Made by a program: the position numbers and the translations under genes
Notes under the pieces: model-generated
Database searches by the model: none
Told to the model about the DNA's origin: nothing
The model's input: only the letters and a program-made list of their open reading frames with translations
Assembly: GCA_965208675.1 (NCBI GenBank)
Contig: OZ242351.1
Coordinates: 1,888,001-1,952,000, forward strand
Length of the DNA stretch: 64,000 bases
Source of the DNA: Candidatus Poribacteria bacterium
Lineage (GTDB): Bacteria > Poribacteria > WGA-4E > PCPOR2b
Reading direction: 5' to 3'
Shown here: piece after piece, positions 57,541-64,000 of the stretch
Position numbering within the stretch: the stretch's first letter is position 1
Layout of the letters: the number at the start of each line of letters is the position of its first letter

Positions 57541-58830
57541 TTATTGGGGGTGCCTTTCGCTCCCGATAGTGTGGACGATCAGGTTAACACCCCATTCTAA
57601 CCACTTTTCATTCTCAGAATTTTCTCCCCACTTTAATCCAATCCCAGCGGCGTCGTAGTATACAGCGGTTCGTCCATTGAGTCTAAGCGCATAAAATTCG
57701 CCGCGCTTTTTGGCGACGCGCGGCACACCCTTCTTAAATTCAAAAAAGCTGCGGCAGACCGCATCCTTTCGATTAATCGGCACGAAATGTGCTGTTTGAC
57801 CGACAATCTTCCAGACCTCGAAGCGAATGGAGTTTGCCACCGGCCCATCAATCCCCCATGCGGTGGATATGTCCGAAAAAAGGAGCGTTCCGCCGCTCTG
57901 CAGGTAGGCTCGCAGATTCGCACGCTCCGTTTCGGAGAATGTAAACGCATCTCGTGCAGCGACGTAGATCAGTGGAATTTGGAGAATATCGGGGGAAGCG
58001 AGCGGCATCGTCTCAGGCAAAAGCTGCGTCCGTACCTTCGTCCATCTATTCATCGCATACACCAAGCGGTTCAAAGCTTGGGCACGAATGGCATCTGCCG
58101 CGTCCTCGTATTGGACAACCACGATATTGTAATACCCTGTAATCTCACGTCCGGTACCGCGTACCTCCACCTGAACCGCGGTTCCCGCGTTACTTTGAAT
58201 TTTGTCAAGGATGCCGGCGGCACGGCTTGGCGCAATTACCTTTCCCTCCGAAGCCATTCGTCCAACTATCGGCAAACTGCTCACTGACAAGTTGGGTTGG
58301 GAAACCGCATCCGCACTCAGCTCAACGTTCGTTTGGAATTCGGTTTCCGCCACCGGATTCAAGCTTACCCGAGCGGGGGAGTGCACGACTGTTGCTGATT
58401 GCGTTGCCTGGGGCCCCGTGCGAAGCGGCACCGCAGCAACACGCCGGGTAATTGGGCTCTTTCGATCCATGTCAACCGCGGCAATCTGCCGGGGTGGCCG
58501 TTTTCGGCGTTTGAGCGGCGATGGGTTCGGCAACGGCACAACAGCAACTTGTATGGCAGACTCCGCAATTGGGTGCGGAGTAGGCAACATCGCCACCCAT
58601 AAAAGGATAAAGGCGTTCAGCACAAGTGATAACAGCCACGCTGTTGCGGCGATTTTCCTCCGACGGGCGACCGTAGATAAGCGAGGCGCGGCTAATACTT
58701 CCTTTTTACGTCCGGCAGTGAACTCGGGGCGTGCCGGAAGCGATTCGAAATTTCGGTGCACCTTACGGCGTCTACGCTTTGCCCGAGTGTAATTCAAGCG
58801 AGCAACTTGCCGATAACGTGAGTGATACAT
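57541..58830 (-). CDS. Membrane-anchored DUF4159-like protein
   Basis: TM helix plus Pro-rich linker; PLIYV..FTFSETERANLRAYLQSGGTLLFSD; WGVNLIV. Confidence 0.75.
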   Translation of the reverse strand: MYHSRYRQVARLNYTRAKRRRRKVHRNFESLPARPEFTAGRKKEVLAAPRLSTVARRRKIAATAWLLSLVLNAFILLWVAMLPTPHPIAESAIQVAVVPLPNPSPLKRRKRPPRQIAAVDMDRKSPITRRVAAVPLRTGPQATQSATVVHSPARVSLNPVAETEFQTNVELSADAVSQPNLSVSSLPIVGRMASEGKVIAPSRAAGILDKIQSNAGTAVQVEVRGTGREITGYYNIVVVQYEDAADAIRAQALNRLVYAMNRWTKVRTQLLPETMPLASPDILQIPLIYVAARDAFTFSETERANLRAYLQSGGTLLFSDISTAWGIDGPVANSIRFEVWKIVGQTAHFVPINRKDAVCRSFFEFKKGVPRVAKKRGEFYALRLNGRTAVYYDAAGIGLKWGENSENEKWLEWGVNLIVHTIGSERHPQ

Positions 58831-59094
58831 AGGCGAAATCCAAAGACGTTACTGTTTCTCGGTTTCCGGACATGAGAAGACCGTCAAATTAGATACGAAC
58901 AGATGTATTTTTCAGCCGCAGGGTAGGTAATCGCGTCCCGAGAATTGGGTGGGAAGACATCACGCCTGCAAACATCGTCAAGACTCTTCTGCAGCAGAAT
59001 TAAGCATGTTCCCTGAGAAACAGATTGACAAGGAATCTGCTTTCACGCCACAGATTCTGCGTGCGTCAATCTTATCGGCAAAAAGTACAAGACC

Positions 59095-62000
59095 CTATCT
59101 TTCACTTGCGAACGCGCGATAATCCTCTGTACGGAAGATTGTCCACAGTTCAGTCGACAAATCATAACGACAAACACCGGCAGAAAATGTACCGACCCAA
59201 ACGTATTTGCCATCCAGGCTAATGCTGCGAATATTGTTGTCGGATAAACCGTTGTCAATGTTGAATCCATCCCACCGCTCTTCGGCGCGGTTGTATCGGC
59301 TGAGTCCTTCGCCGGCGGTTCCAACCCAGACGTATTTTTCGCCTGCGGTGATTGTACTGATGTCGTTTCCGATGAGTCCATCTAGGACTGTTAGCGTTAC
59401 CCATCGCCCTTCCGGCGCATTGTACCGGAATACGCCTTGTCTCGTGCCGACCCACATGTTTTCGGGGTCCGACGCCAGTGCGGTAATTTCGGCATTCTTC
59501 AGATATGAAGGAATTTCAAACGTATGCGCCGGCGTCAGTCGGCGAAAATTTATTTCAAAAACTTTCAATCCGATTTCCCGTCCAAGCCAGAGTTGATTGT
59601 TTAGAAAGTCCATCGCCGTGCAGCTGATTATCCCTAAATCTTCGGGGGTGGTTTCTAAGCTTTCGGTCAATCCAGCCCCGGTTTGCACGCGAGTGTGTTC
59701 AACGATTTGAGCGTTCGTTATCAAAATCCAAGAGTCCGCTTTCCGGTCATAAATTGCGATTTGGTTGTCGCTGAGCACCCAAACCTTACCGTCTCGCTGC
59801 TGAATATGGCGCACCCACGGTAGCAGCGGGTGGATTTCCCTAGCCGCATTTGCGGCTTTATCGTAGATGATGACGCCCGCTTCCGTGCCAAGCCAGAGTT
59901 GGCCGAGGACGGGGGCGATCGTACGTACGGTCGGCATCGGCGGGAATTCGACGTTCACCGTTATGAGCGGCGACGGTACAGTCGGGTCCCCTGGTTGTGG
60001 GGTTCTCCCTTCCACTATACGCTGAATGATTGAAATCGCTTCCTCGCGTGCAACTTCTGGATGGTAATCGACGTAAACCTTGCGCGTTCGGACGGGATTA
60101 TTAGCTTGTAAAGCGGATTCAACCGCCTGTGCATTTTCAGCCACACGCCGTTGTAAATTGGCTAACTCTTCATTTTCCGCGTCATCACTTGGAAAACCTA
60201 AATTCGCAATACGCCATGAGTGCGAGATTTTGTCATATTTGGCTAAACCGAGACGTGTACCCACCCACAGATAATCGCCGTCCGTCACGACGGTTTTGAT
60301 GTTGTTACTAATCAAGTCCGAGGCATTTGATTCGATGTCTTCGAGGGCTTCCGAATAAGTTGTCCAATCGCCCTGAACCCAGTGATACCGCGCTAATCCG
60401 GCATTCGTGCCGAACCAGATTTCATCGCCGTCAATCGCGACGACCTGCACGTTGTTTGAGGGGAGCCCCTGCGCCTCGGTAAAATCACTGGACAGGTCAG
60501 TAATCTGATTGTAAAGCGTTATGCCGTCGGAGGTGCCGATCCAGTGATATTTCTCCTTTGAACCGATGCTTTTGGCGTCTGTGGCGGCGAGGCCGTCCGC
60601 CTGTGAATACGGCGTCAGGGATTCGACCTCCTTGTCGTACATGGTGACGCCGCCCGGCGTGGCGAGGAAGATGTACTTCTCTTCGACATTTATTGAGGTG
60701 ACGATGTTGTTGATCAAGCCGTCGTCGGTGGTGTAGACCGCCCACTGACTCTCATCGGGTGTGTATTTCGCCGCTCCCTGATTTGTGCCGAACCAGACGT
60801 AATCCCCATCAACCGCGACCGACCAAACAACATCATCGGGAAGCCCGTCTTTTTTTGTCAGTGTTTGCCAGGTCCCCGCCTTGGTGTCGAATCGCGAGAC
60901 ACCGCTCTGTGTGGTTATCCACAAGCTGTATCCGTCTCGCGCGAGCGCGTTTACGCGATTGTCGCAAAGCCCATCGGCAGTGGTTAGGGATGTCCACCTG
61001 TCTAAGCCCCAGTTGTATCGGCTGACACCGCCGTGTGTTCCGACCCACAGTTCGTTTTCCAACAGCAACAGACTCGACACGCAATTGTGTTGAAGTCCAT
61101 CGCGTTTTGTATAGTTGAGCCAAGTATCCGCCGTTTTATCGTACCGGCTGATTCCCCGGGGCGTGCCGAAAAAAGCGTAATCATCGTTGATGACGATGGC
61201 GCGAATATCTTTGGCGACAAGTACTTCTTCATGACCGCGCTCGCGGCTTGGGGCGTATGCCCACCACGAATCGTTGGGCTTGTTGTACCGGTAGATACCG
61301 CTATCCGTCGCAACCCAGACGTATTCATGCGACGGGTGAATATCATGAATGCGTACTGTTGAAAGCCCCGGCGCATCATCGTCCGTGAACTCCCGCGTTT
61401 GCCCGGTTGCCAAGTCGTACCGTATCAGATTTCGCCAACCGCCGCCCCAAATTTCTCTGCCGTCCATGGCGACGACATCAATACTCGCTTCGCGGCCGAT
61501 TTCCAGCTTTTGCCAGTTATCACCTGATTTATCGTCGTGTAGATAAACGCCTGTTTCAGTGGCGACACAGGTGGTACCGCCGGATCGATCTAAAGCCAGA
61601 ATAGGCATGCCTTCAAAGGCATGCGTGGTGTGCCATTTCTGCGCCGATTTTTCGTACCGAGACAGCCCGCTTCCCGTGCCGACCCAGAGGTATTGCGAAC
61701 TCGCGGCGAGGTCTGTGATTTTGTCATTGGATAACCCTAACCGACTTGAGAACGCGGTCCACTCATGCGTCGAATTGTCGTATCGGTTCAAGCCGCGTGT
61801 GGTGCCGACCCAAATCGACTTACCATCAACCCGGATTTTCGTAATTTCATCGGCAACCAACCCACTTTTCGCCGCCCGAAAATAATCCCACTTTTTATTG
61901 AATTTATCGAACCGCGAAATTCCACGGTCGCTGCCTATCCATACGTAGTTGCCCACGACATCAAGACAGGAGATAGCCCCGGCGCCCAAGCCATCTTCGT

Positions 62001-63444
62001 TAGTATAGGATTTCCACCGTTCGGTTTTTGGATTAAACCGACTTATCGCTCTCTGTGTCGCCAGCCAAACGCCATCGGTGTCCTCACCAATTGCCAGCAC
62101 ATAAGCGGAGGGAAGCGTTTTCTCTTTACGGTACGTTTTCCACCGGCCAGAAACCGAGTGAAACTGCGAAAGCCCGTGTATAGTTCCAATCCAGATGGTG
62201 TTCCCTTTGACCGCGAGAGACTTAATCTCGTTTGATGCCAATCCCATATCTTGATGGAACCACTGCATGGTTCCGAGTTTTGTATCGAAATTGAGGAGTC
62301 CGTTTCCCGTCGCCATCCAGACTCGGCCCGCCGAGATTGCCAGGGCTGCAATCTGATTCGGTATCAACTCCTGAGTTTCACGATTCTGTACGGCGTTCGA
62401 TGGGACGAAGACCTCCCAGCCGAGCGTTTTCCATGTGTCGACCTCGCGTTTGTTGAAAGCACGCATGGCGCGTTCATATTCCGAATCGGCAGCCCGCGCC
62501 TGGGCCCGCGTTGGATTCCGCGAAAATTGCCGGTTTCTTGCCCGCACAGAGGCCGCGAATTGTTGCGGCTCTTTCAGTTTGCTATAGGCTTTGTCCTCGT
62601 TGGCGAGGTCTGTGGGGTTCATAAATTTCTTGTTAACGGTGCGGACAAGCCCCGAATTCGTCGCAATATATACGCTATCGCCACTCGCTTCAATGTCCGT
62701 AATCGAATCGCCCAGAATGTCCATAATCGAATTGGGCACTATCTCTGGGCCGGGGCGCGGGACCGAGCGATTGCCGCCCCGGGTGCTCACCCAAAAGGCA
62801 CTCTGATTGGTGAAATACTCCCACTCATCATACTTAACGTTATATCTCGATAGTCCGCCGGGGGTTCCAAGCCATACGTACTTTGAATCGTGATGAATCG
62901 CTGTTACGGCCGCCGTTTTAATTCCCAAAAAATCTGTGTATGAACGCCACCGATTCTTCTTCAATTGAAACGCACTCGCCCCCTTTTCGGTGCCCACCCA
63001 GATCCAGTCGCCGCGCGCCGAAATACACCGAATCTTGTTTGCAACCAGCCCGTCCTTGACAGTATAGCTTCTCCATTCGTCTCGGTTCATGTCAAAAACC
63101 GATAGCCCGGAATCTGTGCCGAACCACACGCGCCCGGATGGTTTTCGATCGAACACCCCCTGCTTCCACTCAATGCCGATGCAATTCACTTCGTTGCTGA
63201 CAAGCCCATCCTTCGTTGTGAAAAAATCCCATGTTTTCGCATCAAAATTGTACCGGCTGACGCCGGCACCGGTTGAAAGCCACAGGTAATCACCGCCTAT
63301 CTCGACCCCGCGCACATCCTCGCCAATTAACACCTCGCCCATCTCGTCTTCATCGGACTCTGTCTCCGGCACGCCGATGGTGAACAGTACGCTCAACAAA
63401 ATCAACATTGTGCATACGCATTTGACACATTTTGAAATAGTCAT
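59095..63444 (-). CDS. Large secreted multi-beta-propeller protein (two-component-regulator propeller-type repeats)
   Basis: More than 25 repeats of WVGTxxGLSRY...W..YT..DGL..N.I; signal-like N-terminus; no kinase domain. Confidence 0.88.
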   Translation of the reverse strand: MTISKCVKCVCTMLILLSVLFTIGVPETESDEDEMGEVLIGEDVRGVEIGGDYLWLSTGAGVSRYNFDAKTWDFFTTKDGLVSNEVNCIGIEWKQGVFDRKPSGRVWFGTDSGLSVFDMNRDEWRSYTVKDGLVANKIRCISARGDWIWVGTEKGASAFQLKKNRWRSYTDFLGIKTAAVTAIHHDSKYVWLGTPGGLSRYNVKYDEWEYFTNQSAFWVSTRGGNRSVPRPGPEIVPNSIMDILGDSITDIEASGDSVYIATNSGLVRTVNKKFMNPTDLANEDKAYSKLKEPQQFAASVRARNRQFSRNPTRAQARAADSEYERAMRAFNKREVDTWKTLGWEVFVPSNAVQNRETQELIPNQIAALAISAGRVWMATGNGLLNFDTKLGTMQWFHQDMGLASNEIKSLAVKGNTIWIGTIHGLSQFHSVSGRWKTYRKEKTLPSAYVLAIGEDTDGVWLATQRAISRFNPKTERWKSYTNEDGLGAGAISCLDVVGNYVWIGSDRGISRFDKFNKKWDYFRAAKSGLVADEITKIRVDGKSIWVGTTRGLNRYDNSTHEWTAFSSRLGLSNDKITDLAASSQYLWVGTGSGLSRYEKSAQKWHTTHAFEGMPILALDRSGGTTCVATETGVYLHDDKSGDNWQKLEIGREASIDVVAMDGREIWGGGWRNLIRYDLATGQTREFTDDDAPGLSTVRIHDIHPSHEYVWVATDSGIYRYNKPNDSWWAYAPSRERGHEEVLVAKDIRAIVINDDYAFFGTPRGISRYDKTADTWLNYTKRDGLQHNCVSSLLLLENELWVGTHGGVSRYNWGLDRWTSLTTADGLCDNRVNALARDGYSLWITTQSGVSRFDTKAGTWQTLTKKDGLPDDVVWSVAVDGDYVWFGTNQGAAKYTPDESQWAVYTTDDGLINNIVTSINVEEKYIFLATPGGVTMYDKEVESLTPYSQADGLAATDAKSIGSKEKYHWIGTSDGITLYNQITDLSSDFTEAQGLPSNNVQVVAIDGDEIWFGTNAGLARYHWVQGDWTTYSEALEDIESNASDLISNNIKTVVTDGDYLWVGTRLGLAKYDKISHSWRIANLGFPSDDAENEELANLQRRVAENAQAVESALQANNPVRTRKVYVDYHPEVAREEAISIIQRIVEGRTPQPGDPTVPSPLITVNVEFPPMPTVRTIAPVLGQLWLGTEAGVIIYDKAANAAREIHPLLPWVRHIQQRDGKVWVLSDNQIAIYDRKADSWILITNAQIVEHTRVQTGAGLTESLETTPEDLGIISCTAMDFLNNQLWLGREIGLKVFEINFRRLTPAHTFEIPSYLKNAEITALASDPENMWVGTRQGVFRYNAPEGRWVTLTVLDGLIGNDISTITAGEKYVWVGTAGEGLSRYNRAEERWDGFNIDNGLSDNNIRSISLDGKYVWVGTFSAGVCRYDLSTELWTIFRTEDYRAFASER

Positions 63445-64000
63445 GAGTATCGCCTGTATTCGGTATTGGAACGTATTCGCTTATGTATAGATTAAGTTAT
63501 TTGCCGACAGCGGGAATATGCGCAAAGGTCTGTGCGGGTTTAATTGGCCAGTCCGCATCCGGATAGCCGAATTAGACCGTAAACCTATCATAGCACCATA
63601 CGCTCCGGTTTTTGACGTTTGCCGGATGCTAAGCAATAGTGATGCCAATGTCTTTCGGCAAGCTAACCGAAGCGAAATTGAACACTGAATTTATGCGGCC
63701 GGTGTGGAAACACTAAGGGTTAGACTACGGGACGAAACTCACCGCGGAACGGCTTAGCAACAAATACAGTCGTTACATCAAATGGGGTCGTGCTACGCCC
63801 TCGCTGCAAAGATCTTTGACTCGCTCGAATCGGGCAAAGTGCAATTGAGAAATGTAGACAAGTTCCTACCGGAAACCGTCGGCGCATGTGTTGTATTAAT
63901 TAGACACACCTGTTATATTGCGGATACACCTAATTTTTGCTTAAACATCAATTTCTACAGAACAGATTCGTGAAATCTCCCGCTTTAAAATTTTGCTTTG

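Noticed and set aside
63700-63760. GGGACGAAAC resembling a hammerhead ribozyme core
   Set aside because: The required CTGANGA segment and matching stem are absent.

Overview
Bacterial chromosomal window with no rRNA, tRNA, CRISPR array or transposase that I can see. The protein repertoire suggests Candidatus Poribacteria (inference only): LRR/cohesin/dockerin and FG-GAP proteins ending in NYPNPFNPETWIPY domains, an AVEP..K...W..LK tail, phytanoyl-CoA dioxygenase and a DUF6785-type membrane protein. Housekeeping genes are hemL (partial), hemB, rex, maf, phhB, a rimK-like ligase, rsmA, an amidase, a sigma-54 response regulator, thiE/thiD, pcm and RNase P RNA. They are interleaved with large secreted repeat proteins, several families of palindromic/REP-like repeats, and a hicB-hicA module with a frameshifted toxin. 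The best candidate for an undescribed system is the minus-strand metal-uptake locus at 53.4-57.4 kb. It runs promoter with dyad, then a His/Cys-rich leader protein ending in the RAPP ribosome-arrest motif, a structured spacer, a poly-His/Asp lipoprotein, and one ORF fusing a MerC-like inner-membrane domain to a TonB-dependent receptor through an internal signal-peptide-like segment. A second candidate is a tandem pair of HxH-repeat lipoproteins, each behind a duplicated ~95-bp block with a sigma-54-type motif. All family calls are from motif recognition by eye; no searches were run.
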